Of a stretch of 64,000 bases of DNA, positions 50,650 to 61,642 are shown piece after piece; position 1 is the first letter of the stretch; each line of letters begins with the position of its first letter. The stretch covers positions 116,002,001-116,066,000 of the forward strand of contig OZ320315.1 in the NCBI GenBank assembly GCA_976226885.1. The letters run 5' to 3'. A program made the position numbers and the translations under genes. The notes under the pieces were generated by a model that was given only the letters and a program-made list of their open reading frames with translations, searched no databases and was not told the origin of the DNA. The DNA comes from Iphione sp. A-MEVVRFRX5. Its lineage: Eukaryota.

Positions 50650-51330
50650 CCACTTCATTAATTAATATTTGAAAACAAAGGAATCTCACCCTCCAATAAT
50701 CTGTCATCTTCCTTTTTGACATCAGTGCAAATGCCAAAGGAACTTGTTTCATTTGGGCACCACTCTTCATAAATGCGTGGATACTAAAGAGCTGGTAAAG
50801 GGATGACTTCACAACTTTGAACGTTGCATCAGTGTACCAGATCTTTGCAGCCTAGAGGTAGTCTAGTTGTTCTTTTGTGGCAAAAACCATATGGTGTGAG
50901 ACACTGTTCAGCAGATCACATTGCAGAAATCCATCATGGATGTATTCCTCTCTAAGCTACAAATATATTGTGTGGATTGGTTCAGAATGTATGGTAAGGA
51001 AAAGAAAAAGTAGCAGGAAAAACAATGATATGGGCATATGTTGGTTATGTCAATGGTTAAGTCAATGGACTTTGGTTCTGGTGGGTGCATACCCTGCCGC
51101 ATGTGGTCAACCGCCCTGATTAGATTTTGTGGGTTTGGCTTGAAACCCAAATGGTAAGGATAGGTCCTGTGTTGCTAGGATATCTCTCACAATGACACAT
51201 GCAGGTGTGAAGAGCTCTGCAGCAGCCTTCCCATAGCAAAAGGATGCCCCTATTCTGAATAACTGTATGGGTACAGCCTTGTTGCAGGTGCTGGTTGCAG
51301 TACCATTCAACCCTCTGCTTCTGTTGATGC
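50650..51330 (-). mobile_element. MULE transposase pseudogene fragment (diverged from the 45-47 kb copy)
   Basis: AAAELFTPACVIVRDIL...NLIRAVDHMRQ..PPEPKSID; MVFATKEQLDYL*AAKIWYTDATFKVVKSSLYQLFSIHAFMKSGAQMKQVPLAFALMSKRKMTDY, followed by a gtgag donor-like site. Confidence 0.85.
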
Positions 51331-51889
51331 CAAAAAAAGAGGGTTTACTTAGTTAAACTTCTTATATAACCCACCAGACTTTCACATTGCAATATACGTG
51401 ATGATACTGTTTTATGTATTGCGTGTTAAGAAGGACCTTTATTATTTAGTTTTCTTTCAAGCTGTGTGATTGTTGTGTGAACACATGAGTATTCTCTCAT
51501 GTGTATGCAGTGGAACAATTCTTCTTTGTTATAAATGGTAGTTGTCTGTGGCATGAAAACTGATTTTACTTGTGTCATCATCGTAACTTTCACTGTCTAA
51601 ATCCAACTGCAAGGACCACTGACCATAGTCATCTGGGGAGTTGTCCACAGTGACTCGTTTTGTCACTGGCTGGTATGTTTTCCAAAGGAATTACTTGGAA
51701 AACAACCACCATACATTGTATGCAAATAATCTTTACAACATTGGACATTACACTGATGAGCAAGTGAAAATAGAAACATTCACTATCATATTTTACATAC
51801 AAGTACATGCTATAGAATATAACTATTTATATCACACTGTATGACTTGAGTGACAGTTAATTGTATCCAATATATGATAACCACACCGA

Positions 51890-52810
51890 AAAATTAATTT
51901 TCAACAGAAACTGACCTCTCCAGCTGTGGATGGGACTTCCAGTGTGGTACTCTCTGCTGCAGGAATGTGCAGCTTGTCTGTGACATGAAGACTGATGACA
52001 ACTGTGTCATCATCATCGCTTTCACTATCCACATCCAACTGCAAGGACCACTGATCACTCTCACTCTCAGACTCACTTTCAGACTCACCCTCACTCTCAC
52101 CATCTCTCTCAAGACTCACTCTCAGACCCACCCTCCTCACCCTTGGCTGCCACCTCTTCCTCTGGTGACAAGGAGAAGCAGTGCCTCTGTATCATCCACA
52201 TCAAACAAAGGCAAAGAAAGGGAAAGAACAAGGTCCTGAAAGTCCTCAAGCTCCCACTCCTCACCCATTTCCTGTGCCTCATTACAACGAAACCCAAAGT
52301 CATCAAGGTAATGAGGGATTTCATCATCCTGATGAACCTGAAATTCCTCACTAGCAGGTGTAGGAGGAGCAGGGAGATCCTGCTCCTCCACACCTGCCTC
52401 ACCCCCGGCCTCAGCTGGTGCAGGTAGAGCAGGGAGGTCCTGCTCTACAGCACCGGCATCACCTGCAGGGGCAGCAGGTGGAGGAAGAGTAGGAAGGACC
52501 CACTCTTCCTTATCTGCTGCCTCATGTAGCACAACCAGATCCATTTGGTGCCACTCACCTGCACAAGGCAAATGAACAGCAACAACCACAGGTGCATGGA
52601 TGTCCATGCTGCCTGCATCAGCAATTGGAGGAGCTCACTGAAATGGCAGAGCCACATCCACCTGCTCCTCCTCAACCTGACACAGGCCCCAACAACATCT
52701 CACTACCCTACGAACTATACTAAGAGCCATCTTTCTTTCTGAATGTGATTCTCAAGTCATGATGGTATATAGCCCTGTGTAAAGCCCTGCTATGTCACCT
52801 AACTGAATCT
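51890..52810 (-). pseudogene. Longest copy of the acidic/Pro-rich ORF family; its 5' end is the paralog of the array monomer segment 8623-8890
   Basis: MALSIVRRVVRCCWGLCQVEEEQVDVALP*...MDIHAPVVVAVHLP...LSLPLFDVDDTEALLLL..EEEVAAK..GESESESESESDQWSLQLD. Nucleotides 52545-52810 align with array 8623-8890. Confidence 0.55.
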
Positions 52811-53389
52811 GACTATCAAAGTACATTGTAAGGACTGAAAACACAAAGCACAATACAAACCCACAATACCCAATTCAAGTACACAACACAATAATACAGT
52901 ACAAAAACCACAGGTAATGAAATACAATGTGAAATCAGAAAAGACTCACTAAAAAATCACCCGGTAAATCAACGTAGCATGCTCTGGTAGGAGTAAGACT
53001 GGGAGCCTGCTTCCTGTTCCAAGCAGTTTTGTTGAATGCTAGCAATCCACATGCACCAGTTATAAAGGAAGCCCATGTGACAGAATCGTATAATTTCTGT
53101 CATATCTCTTCTTATCTGTAACACCTTAGTCTTTCATCCACTAGTTTCACTACAGGAAATTGCTTTGTTTCTAGATTTGTCTCCACCTTCAGCTAGTCAG
53201 TGAGTCAGGTACCTGAGAAATCAGGTTTAAGGGGGCACTGCCAGTAACTAACTGCCTTCATTGGCAGTCATCTCTTCAGGATGGACTGAATTCACATGAA
53301 CCAACCTAGCACCAATCTAGCATGCAGACCAAGAGTACTAGTTCAGCAGCTGCCTTATTCTCACTCTAAATCTTACTGTCACTCTCCTT

Positions 53390-53660
53390 ACACTTGGCTG
53401 CCACCTCCTCCACTGACTCAAATAGATCTAGAAGAATCTTCTCCAGATGTATGACCTCTATCTCTGGCAGAGGTAGAGGTAAAAACAAATCCAAATCCAA
53501 AAAGTCTCAAGCTCCTCCTCATCCATTTCCTGCAACTCAGGTAGGGCAGGTTCACATACACGGTACTGATGAGTGAGCTCATCACCAACCTGCCCCTCAC
53601 CATTCTCTACCTGACATACAGCAGTTGAGGAGGTGCAACTGGACACTGAATCAGCAGTGG
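53390..53660 (-). pseudogene. Acidic-motif family copy
   Basis: LDLFLPLPLPEIEVIHLEKILLDLFESVEEVAAKC. Confidence 0.5.
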
Positions 53661-53949
53661 AAGTTTGCAAGCCAGTGCACCAACTTTAATTGCTGGTATA
53701 GGACATGGCTGTACCCACAGATGCTGGGGTGGCAACTGGCTGGTCAACTGGTGTACGTCAGCCCTGGGTGGCACAGGTTGATATGGTGAAACCACGGCAA
53801 CCTTGTCATAGCTAACAGAAATACACATGCCACCCAACTAACTTACCTACTGACCTGGCCATGTTCAAGTTATTTAACATAAACCCTGTCTCTGTATCCT
53901 AGCTAAATTTCCCTTTCAAACAGTTACAATGTAAAAGTAAACTGAAATC

Positions 53950-54720
53950 TACAATGTTTGTCCTTGGAATTGTAAGGTATTAAACATACCTCACAAAAAT
54001 ATGATTGGTGGAAGAATCCTGCAATAGGATGGAAATACCCAATGGCCTCATGGTCATCATGCACAAGGTAGACACAGAGATGTTGTCCATCACTTGATCA
54101 TGAAATGGTACCCGGATGCACTTGTTGCCTTGTCTTTGACTGATAGCTAATATATCCAGACCCAACAAGGTCTTAAATTCTAGTATGTCTGCAATACTCA
54201 GTACATGGTCTGTGGACAAGTTTGCATTCTGACATAATCTAATAGCAAGGTCTCTTTGATTTACCCTTTTCTTGTCCAGGAGCTTTAGAAAATACCATAC
54301 AGGTACTTTCTTTACAAGCATGATGTTATTTAGAACACTACCCACAAGACCACCAGTCACTTTTTTTGATTGAAGCCACGCTGGGGACCTACATGTTGGG
54401 AACTGTCCTTGTAAGTAGGAATCCTCAGATCTTGCCCAGGACTGATGATGTGGGAGCTCCTGGTTTTCTTTCTTTTTTTCATTATATCTTTAACCAGGAA
54501 CTAGATATTCCTAATCACAGGACAGAGTTCTTTTCAGCCATCCCTTTCTGTCTCTCAGAGTTGGATGGACAGGGTACTTTTGTGACAGGCCATCTAGACA
54601 TTTTGATCCTTCCCAATGTTAACATAACATGTAAAGGAGACTCGAATGTCCTCCCCAGTATCCACCATGTCATCCATCCCAGGTTCAATTATGTAGGGAA
54701 TCATCACCCATCACATCCTC
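53950..54720 (-). mobile_element. Polinton/Maverick-like protein-primed DNA polymerase B gene, N-terminal region fragment
   Basis: QRDLAIRLCQNANL...EFKTLLGLDILAISQRQGNKCIRVP, then (frameshift) HLCVYLVHDD...YFHPIAGFFHQSYFCEVCLIPYNSKDKHC. This resembles the YLY...HF..I.GF...YFC..C..PY...H.C region preceding the exonuclease in invertebrate Polinton-like pPolB. No polymerase core is present. Confidence 0.55.
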
Positions 54721-54968
54721 AGTGGACATTGTTGCTTGATTTTGTAATGAAAATAGTTCCGGATCATGGATCTGATTATGGATCGGATGATTCTAATAGT
54801 AGTCCTTATGATACCTTCTTGAATCCAATGATTCGGTTTAATCTAAGAGGTCCTAATGAACTCCTAAATGATTAAAGAATTTCGGTTAGCCACAGGTGCC
54901 ACAGGTTGATATGGCACAAACACTGCAACCTGGTCCTAGCTGGCAGAATCATACACCATCACACTAAC

Positions 54969-55970
54969 TGGGGTTCCTCAAGGGTCCGTGTTAGGACCGC
55001 TATTATTTATAATTGCAACAAACGACATCATTGAAATAGCAAAGCCATGTGAATTAATTATATATGCAGATGACGTAACAATAATCGGGGATGCAACGAA
55101 TGCATGGGCATTACGACAAAAACTACAATATACATTGCGAAATGTAGAGAAGTGGACTGTATCAAATGGGTTAATTATAAACAAGGAAAAATCTAAGACT
55201 ATGTGCTTCGGTAAAGCCATTAAATTTAAATTGGATATTTCGTTGTTCGGGACAATTTTGGGTAATGTCCATGAGTATAAATTCGTGGGTTACAAATTGG
55301 ATCCGAAACTAACCTTTAGACCTTTTGTTGATGAAAAAATCAAGAAGATTAATTCTGTTAGTTACTTGTTGAGTAGATGCAAACATGTTTTGAACCAAGA
55401 GTTACGGGAAAAATTTTTTATAGCATTTGTCCAGCCACATGTGGATTTTGGTTTAAACCTAATTTTGTCAGCAAATCTTACTGAGCAAACAAAATTAAAA
55501 CGTGCCTGGTATCGAGGAATAAGGAGGTGTGTCCTAGGTTTGTTTTCATCTAATAGACAAATTGAGGAATGGTTATCATGGAGAAAGATATATTCATTAA
55601 AGGAGAGAATGATCTATCTATCACTGTTATCTGTAACTGATTTGTATAAATTCTCTTTTTGCAAGAGACGTCATCTATCTGCGACAAGGGCTGGTCAAAG
55701 AACACAGCTACAAATTCCCAAGCCAAACACCCAGCAGTTTAAAAGAAGCTTTATCTATAAGACATTGAGATGTTGGAATAATCTACCTAGTGATATAGTG
55801 GATAAAGAGAGGAATATTATTAAAAACTATTTGAGATCTAACATGTTGAAATTAGCAGCCGCCGAATAAAGTTCTTTTGTTACTGAATGCGGCTGAGTAT
55901 TTCTCAATAATACCATGTATTTACATATGTGTCGGGATTGCTCAATAAAAACTTTCAAATCAAATCAAAT
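54969..55970 (+). mobile_element. 5'-truncated LINE (CR1/L2-like), intact RT C-half ORF, AATAAA + (CAAAT)n tail, probable 5-bp TSD ctaac
   Basis: Starts at tggggttcctcaagggtccgtgttaggaccg (GVPQGSVLGP); YADD; ORF ends at 55869; tail ctcaataaaaactttcaaatcaaatcaaat. ctaac lies at 54964-54968 and 55971-55975. The empty-site paralog at ~53835 supports the junctions. Confidence 0.92.
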
Positions 55971-56339
55971 CTAACCTGCCTACCCACCTAGCCATGTTCA
56001 AGTTACTTAAAGCTCTGTCTCGTTGTCCTGGCTAAATGTCCCTTTCAAATAGTTACAATCAAAAAGTACACTGAAATCTAAGATAAATTATGCCAAATCG
56101 CTTGTGGTATGCCAACATTTGTGTGAAGCCTTGCTGGGGTTCACTGTCAGACCACCTCTTGTTCCACATTGATTAAGGGGGCAAACCCATCAGCATGTTT
56201 ATACTTCTTTACCTCCTGCTCGGGGTACATCCCCTCCAGCAACTCATGTGCACCAGTTATAAAGGAAGCCCGTGTGACAGAAATGAGGTAGAGCCTCATA
56301 TCATCTGTCATATCATGTGCCCCCTTAATCATTTAGGGC

Positions 56340-57788
56340 ATGCTGGATGCAGGTATTATTCAGCCAAGTCACAGCCCGTGGGCGTCTCCAATCGTTTTGG
56401 TAGAAAAGAAGGATGGCACCCAACGGTTTTGCGTGGATTACAGAAGGGTCAATGATGTGACCTCCAAGTTTAATTGGCCACTGCCACGCATCGATGACAT
56501 ATTGGCTAAGCTGGGAGGCAGTACGTGCTTCTCTACTCTCGATTTGAGAAGTCAGTACCATCAGGTGCCTATGAATGAAGCCTCTCGGCCTAAAACTGCT
56601 TTCGCATGTCACGCGGGGTTGTTTGAATTCAATGTCATGCCTTTTGGGTTATGTAACGCTCCGAGTGTGTTTTGTGAGTTGATGGCAAAAGTGCTCGATG
56701 GAATAAATGGCACGTTTACCACAGCGTATATTGACGATATTTTAATCTGGTCGCCAGATGAAGCAACGCATTTGTGCCATTTGCAGATGGTCTTTGATCG
56801 GTTAAGACAGGCGGGCTTGAAACTTAAACGTTCCAAGTGTGAGTTCTTCACACCACAGATTCGATATCTGGGGCATGTTGTGACTCCTGACGGGGTACAA
56901 CCTGATATGGACAAGGTTGAGAGCATTGCAGGGTTAGAACCACCGCAGGACGTGAAGGGAGTGCGATCCTTCATTGGAATGGCCAGTTTTTATCGGCGGT
57001 ACGTACCCACCTTTGCGTTGATTGCCGAGCCGCTTATTGCCATGACCCGAAAGCATGCGGAGTTCGTGTGGACGGAGGATTGTCAGATCGCTTTTGATCA
57101 GCTAAAAGAGAAGCTGACTCACCCACCGGTTTTGGCGTTCCCGAGATTCGATAGAATCTTCATCCTGTATACGGATGCAAGTGACGCTTGCATAGGGGCA
57201 GTGTTAGCCCAGGAGTTTGAGGAAGGCGAACGTCCCATACAGTATATGTCGCATCATCTGAGTGATACCCAACGGAGATGGCCCGTGATCGAGAAGGAAG
57301 GGTATGCCATTGTGTCCGCTATTCGCAAGTTTCGATCGTACTTATACGGACATAAGTTTATTGTCCGTACTGATCACAAACCCTTGCAATTTCTGTTCAA
57401 ATCAGAACAAAAGAACGCTAAGGTGCAACGTTGGGCAATGCAGTTATCTGAGTACAATTGCGAAATTGAATACATCCCCAGGAAGCAAAATATACCCGCG
57501 GATGCTTTGAGTAGGCTCTGGTCCAAGCGTAATGAAGGCGCAGCCACAGAAGAAATGGCTCCTGTGGAAGGGACGGATACGGATGGGGAGTCAGGGGCCC
57601 TTAGTGACTCCTCCTCTGTTCAGAGCCAGGAGAGTGAGCGTCCGAATACTCCCAAGACCGACTCGGAGGGAGAGGACGTACCACTAATTTGCGAAACGGA
57701 CTTGCGAAATGTAGATTTGAAGAGGGCGCAGGCACAGGACCCGGAATGCCAACGGCTGAAGGAAGGGCCATTGATTTACATTAACTGA
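56340..57788 (+). CDS. pol: Ty3/Gypsy pol fragment: complete RT + RNase H in one uninterrupted 482-aa ORF; no gag, protease, integrase or LTR
   Basis: MLDAGIIQPSHSPWASPIVLVEKKDG..RFCVDYRRVN; LDLRSQYHQ; MPFGLCNAP; YIDDILI; YLGH; LYTDAS...IGAVLAQ; IEKEGYAIV; RTDHKPL; ADALSR. CpG-rich relative to its flanks. Confidence 0.95.
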   Translation: MLDAGIIQPSHSPWASPIVLVEKKDGTQRFCVDYRRVNDVTSKFNWPLPRIDDILAKLGGSTCFSTLDLRSQYHQVPMNEASRPKTAFACHAGLFEFNVMPFGLCNAPSVFCELMAKVLDGINGTFTTAYIDDILIWSPDEATHLCHLQMVFDRLRQAGLKLKRSKCEFFTPQIRYLGHVVTPDGVQPDMDKVESIAGLEPPQDVKGVRSFIGMASFYRRYVPTFALIAEPLIAMTRKHAEFVWTEDCQIAFDQLKEKLTHPPVLAFPRFDRIFILYTDASDACIGAVLAQEFEEGERPIQYMSHHLSDTQRRWPVIEKEGYAIVSAIRKFRSYLYGHKFIVRTDHKPLQFLFKSEQKNAKVQRWAMQLSEYNCEIEYIPRKQNIPADALSRLWSKRNEGAATEEMAPVEGTDTDGESGALSDSSSVQSQESERPNTPKTDSEGEDVPLICETDLRNVDLKRAQAQDPECQRLKEGPLIYIN

Positions 57789-57789
57789 C

Positions 57790-57915
57790 AGGGATATGAT
57801 GTGTTGACCAGAGAAGTGCTTCCTTGAAAGATTCCTTCTGCATCAGCCTTCTGTATTCTTGTTGGGTAATTCCAGTCTTGCATGTGTGGTGCTGCCATCT
57901 CTGGCAGATATCACA
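57790..57915 (-). mobile_element. PHD-finger-like fragment of the type found at MULE transposase N-termini
   Basis: CDICQRWQHHTCKTGITQQEYRRLM. Confidence 0.55.
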
Positions 57916-58140
57916 TGACTCACCCTAGCTCTCACCATCACTCTAAGACTCACTCATGGACTCACCCTTCTCACACTTGCCTGCTATCTTCTCCTCTGGT
58001 AACAGATCCAGAAGCAGTACCTCTAGATCGTCCACATCCAACTCAGGAAGAGACAGGGGAAGAGAGAGGTGCAGTAGGTCCTCAAGTTGCCCCACCTCAT
58101 GATGAAGAAATTCAGGCTCAACAGGATGATGAGGGACCAG
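57915..58140 (-). pseudogene. Acidic-motif family copy, fused to the PHD fragment
   Basis: LSLPLSLPELDVDDLEVLLLDLLPEEKIAGKCEKGESMSES; close paralog of 46860-47005. Confidence 0.6.
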
Positions 58141-58199
58141 TACATTGGAATTATCTTTCTCAATGTCTGAGACAAATGATATGAGGCTCACACATCATG

Positions 58200-58703
58200 C
58201 ATATCATTGTGGATCACCTGGCTCCAAAGAGGAGGACAGTTTTTTGAGGGATTCCAGTTTGGACTTGTTACCTTGCTCCAATGGTGGTCGTATCTTGTGT
58301 TGTCCATCAAGTTGCACCTTCAAATGAAGCAAGTTGATCTCTCTGTGGAGCATGGTAATGAGAACATTGAGGTTGAGGCAGTCATGTGGTGCACCATGAT
58401 GCAACCTTAATGCTATCCCTCAGTGTCCTTGTAGGTCCTGACTCTGCACTTGTATGTTGTTTCAACCTAAGTCTTCCTGAGACGTTCCAATAATTCTTGA
58501 ATCTTTTCGGTGCCTTAGGTGGCTGGACATCTTTCTGTCAGCTGGGTAAATGCCAGCTCAAGATGGTTCACAGGTAAGTTGGGGCGAACCAACAGTTCTT
58601 TTATGTATAAACACAAAGGCATTGGGTGTGCGTATGCTCTTTGCAGACCCACCGCTTTGACTTTTCTGTACATAGCCTGTACATGAAATGCACAGCCATG
58701 GAT
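58200..58703 (-). mobile_element. MULE transposase C-terminal fragment (close paralog of 45470-45835)
   Basis: IHGCAFHVQAMYRKVKAVGLQRAYAH...; HGAPHDCLNLNVLITMLHREINLLHLKVQL. Homology stops abruptly at cagccatggat (58703). Confidence 0.85.
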
Positions 58704-58890
58704 AGTTTTATTTTTTTTTTTGGAACTTTTATTTATCCTGGCGACATACTGAAGCCAGCCATATTTCATACAGTATATCAGATTCCATAGTAAATATACA
58801 TTTTTTTTTATAAACTTTAATTTCTCCTGGTGTGAATGATACATTAAAATGTATAAATGGACCAGGTTTCGGTTTTGAAAATACCAATAA
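58704..58890 (-). mobile_element. Probable retroelement 3' end (element D) with AATAAA and A-rich tail
   Basis: Minus strand reads ...ctggcttcagtatgtcgccaggataaataaaagttccaaaaaaaaaaaataaaact and abuts the MULE break. No coding sequence, so identity is inferred. Confidence 0.45.
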
Positions 58891-58892
58891 TG

Positions 58893-61400
58893 ATATGAGA
58901 TGAGATGAAGATTGTATTGGCAAGGTGAATTCTTCATTATTTTCCCTTGTATTGTTTTCAATCCCTTTCACTGATTCGTTGTTTAGTTAAATATATCCGA
59001 TCTTTATCATCCCTTAAACAAAATGTTCATTACAAAATTACCTTATACAGACATATACACCCTCTTTCCCCAGAAATAGTCATCATCCTACATGAAAATT
59101 CTCAGACATATATATTTCTCATACACAGATTTCTTCAGGCCATTCTTAAATTTCTCCACCGGCAGTTCTTGTAGCACTCTTGGTAATTTGTTCCAAATAA
59201 TGTATCCATTATATCTGATTGAGTTACAATATATCTCTCTTTGAACCCTGCTTATTGTTCCTATTGAGTACCTCCTATATCTTGTATCATGCGGTCTTAT
59301 TGTTTGCCCTTGGTTTGTCTCAGTGTGTTTATACATTAGTACCGTCTGTATCTCCGTTCTCAGACTGAACGGTAACAATTTCACTTCCCTTAATAGATTT
59401 TTATTTGAAATATATGTCACTTTATAACCAAGTGTTCTCCTATAGATCCTTCTTAGTGTCAACTCCACCTTTTGTATTACTTCATGTTTCCTTGATGGCA
59501 AAAAACATGCACCATACTCAATTATTGGTTGAATATGCGTCTTTAATATCAGAGTTTTTTGAACTCCTCGGTGTAAGTAACACTTCATTCTATTTAACAG
59601 GTTTATTCTTGGCTGTATGTTGGAGTAAATATGTTCTAAATGTTTATTGAAGTTCATATTCTTGTTCAGTACAACCCTCAAATACTTATAATTTGTTACC
59701 CTCTTCAATTGGTTATCACTAATATTCAATCTTACATTGCATATCTCTTCTTTCTGTCCGTTATTATGAAAAATCATTAACTCACTTTTGCTAATGTTAA
59801 CTAAAATTTTATTCTTTTTATACCATTCTCAGGCCTGGTCTAACATTCTTTGCATTTTTTGTTGGAGATCCATTGCACTATCACTTGTTATATACAGTAC
59901 AGTGTCATCAGCATATAGTAGGACCTCCCCTTGTTCTACAGCATGGACTATATCATTAATAAACAACCCGAATAATAATGGTCCTAACACAGAGCCTTGC
60001 AGAACCCCGCACTGTATTTTCATTAAATCTGATGTCCTTTTATTAACCTTAACTCTTTGATATCTTTCATTTAAGTAATTGTCAAACCATTTCAATTCTT
60101 TACCAATCCCTAGTTTCTTTAATTTCTGTAATAATATTTGGTGATTTACTGAATCAAAAGCTTTACGGCAGTCTATGTAGATAGCCCCAATCAGTTTGTT
60201 TTCATTTAATCCCTCATATATATAGTTAGTAAATACTGTTAATGCTGTCCCCGTGCTATAATTTGCCCGAAAACCATGTTGCTTCTCACTTATAAGGTTG
60301 TATTTGTTTAAATGTTCCATTAGTTGCTCATATACTACTTTTTCCAAGATTTTAGAAAAAACATTTAAAATGCTAACTGGCCGATAATTACCTATTTCTG
60401 TCCGTTTTCCACCCTTGTAAATGGGGGTTACGCAAGATTCCTTCCATGCCGATGGAATTTCTTTCATTGTAAGTGATTGATTTATGAAATTACAAACTTC
60501 TTTATTCATTAATAGGAGTATGTTCTTGACCACATTCATGTTTAAATTTAACCATCCTGTCGGTTTATTCATAGGTAACCCTTTAACTATCTTTGTATAT
60601 GTATTGTTGTCAATTAAGTCAAAATTAAACAAATTTGTTTGTTCAATACTTTCCCCCTTTAGGCCTACTTCCCCCAGTTCACATAATATATTCAGACCTA
60701 TGTTTATGAAGAATTTGTTAATTTCCCCAGGTATTTCATTTTCCGGAATCCAACTACCTTCATCATGTAACAGTATTTTATTTCGTGGCTTGTCTCCTAT
60801 TATCTCTTGTCTTATTATTCTCCAAAACCTTTTTGTATTACCTCTATTCCCTTCCATCTGACTTTCAATATATTCCCTTTTCTTTTTTGTCATCAAATTT
60901 CTTACATACCTTCCTTGTTCTTTGGCATAATTTAGATCCACTTCGTTTTTACTTTGATAATATATTATCATACAATGTCTTCCTATGTTCGCATTCATTT
61001 TTTCACTCTATATCAAACCAAGCGTTTGTTACTCTCCGTGCTTTTTCATACCTGTATGGACATAATCTGTTGACTATTTTCTTTATTTTGTTTTCAAAAT
61101 ATGACCATTTTGATTCTAGTGTTACACTATAGTCATAAATGTATCCCCATCTAGTCTTATTTAATAGTCTTCTCAATTTTTGCCCTGTATAGTATTTCAT
61201 TATCCGATATTTATGCTGTATACTAGTTTGTTTTAACTGCTTAGCATTTATCAAATTTATCCATACAGTATAATGATCACTAATATACTTTCTATCAACT
61301 ATACAGGTTATGTTTTCCTGACTGTTTGTAATTACTATATCTATTATCGCACGGGTAGTCAGTGTTTCCCTGGTATAAATATTTACCTGTTGAAAAAATC
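58893..61400 (-). mobile_element. 5'-truncated LINE (element C): APE C-terminus, linker, full RT; one frameshift and one stop; (TCTCA)n tail
   Basis: TRETLTTRAIIDIVITN...ISDHY (61395-61255); NYRPVSIL; YIDCRKAFDSVNH; VLQGSVLGPLLF; LYADDT; in-frame TGA at 59829; ORF ends at 59088; tail ccaatacaatcttcatctcatctcatatc. Confidence 0.92.
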
Positions 61401-61408
61401 CATATTTA

Positions 61409-61640
61409 GATTTGATTTGATTTGATGCGATGCGATTTATTTCTGAAGGGTGAACATACAGTATTTGTATTAGATCTTCAGATCTTTGTACCTATGAATA
61501 TGTACAGATGATATGAAATGTATGAACAGGGATTATTCGATAATACAGGAGTATGACATGTATAAGCACTGATTATTCGATTATACAAGAATATGACATT
61601 AATCATTTGTTACATTTCTTGTTCCTAGTAAGGTTCTCGA
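61409..61640 (-). mobile_element. Short LINE 3'-UTR remnant (element B) with AATAAA and (TCAAA)n tail
   Basis: Minus strand reads cagaaataaatcgcatcgcatcaaatcaaatcaaatc, the same pentamer type as the 55 kb LINE. Contains an internal ~40-bp tandem duplication at 61531-61600. Confidence 0.55.
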
Positions 61641-61642
61641 CA

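Larger units (their letters stand above)
53770..56080. repeat. Local duplication: 53770-53950 repeated at 54900-54968 + 55971-56080, the second copy split by a LINE
   Basis: cacaggttgatatgg...acc(t/c)(t/g)gtc(a/c)tagct...; gccatgttcaagtta.tt...tagctaaat.tccctttcaaa.agttacaat.aaaagta.actgaaatcta occur in both copies. Confidence 0.75.

Noticed and set aside
54366-54875. 169-aa plus-strand ORF
   Set aside because: It lies antisense to the Polinton-like remnant, has a non-ATG start and has no recognisable motif; treated as a shadow ORF.
54969-57788. Local inversion explaining the two plus-strand elements
   Set aside because: The DNA before and between them (54900-54968, 55971-56080, 56240-56320) is in the same orientation as its paralogs at 53.05-53.95 kb, so both are simply plus-strand insertions.
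56291-58189. 19-bp inverted repeat (gagcctcatatcat[c/t]tgtc at 56291 and 58171) as TIRs of a Pack-type element carrying the Gypsy fragment
   Set aside because: There is no target-site duplication, the match does not extend, and it does not coincide with the Gypsy junctions.
61409-61640. 3' transduction by LINE A
   Set aside because: The second tail uses a different pentamer (TCAAA vs CTTAT) and has its own AATAAA, so a separate LINE family is more parsimonious; not formally excluded.
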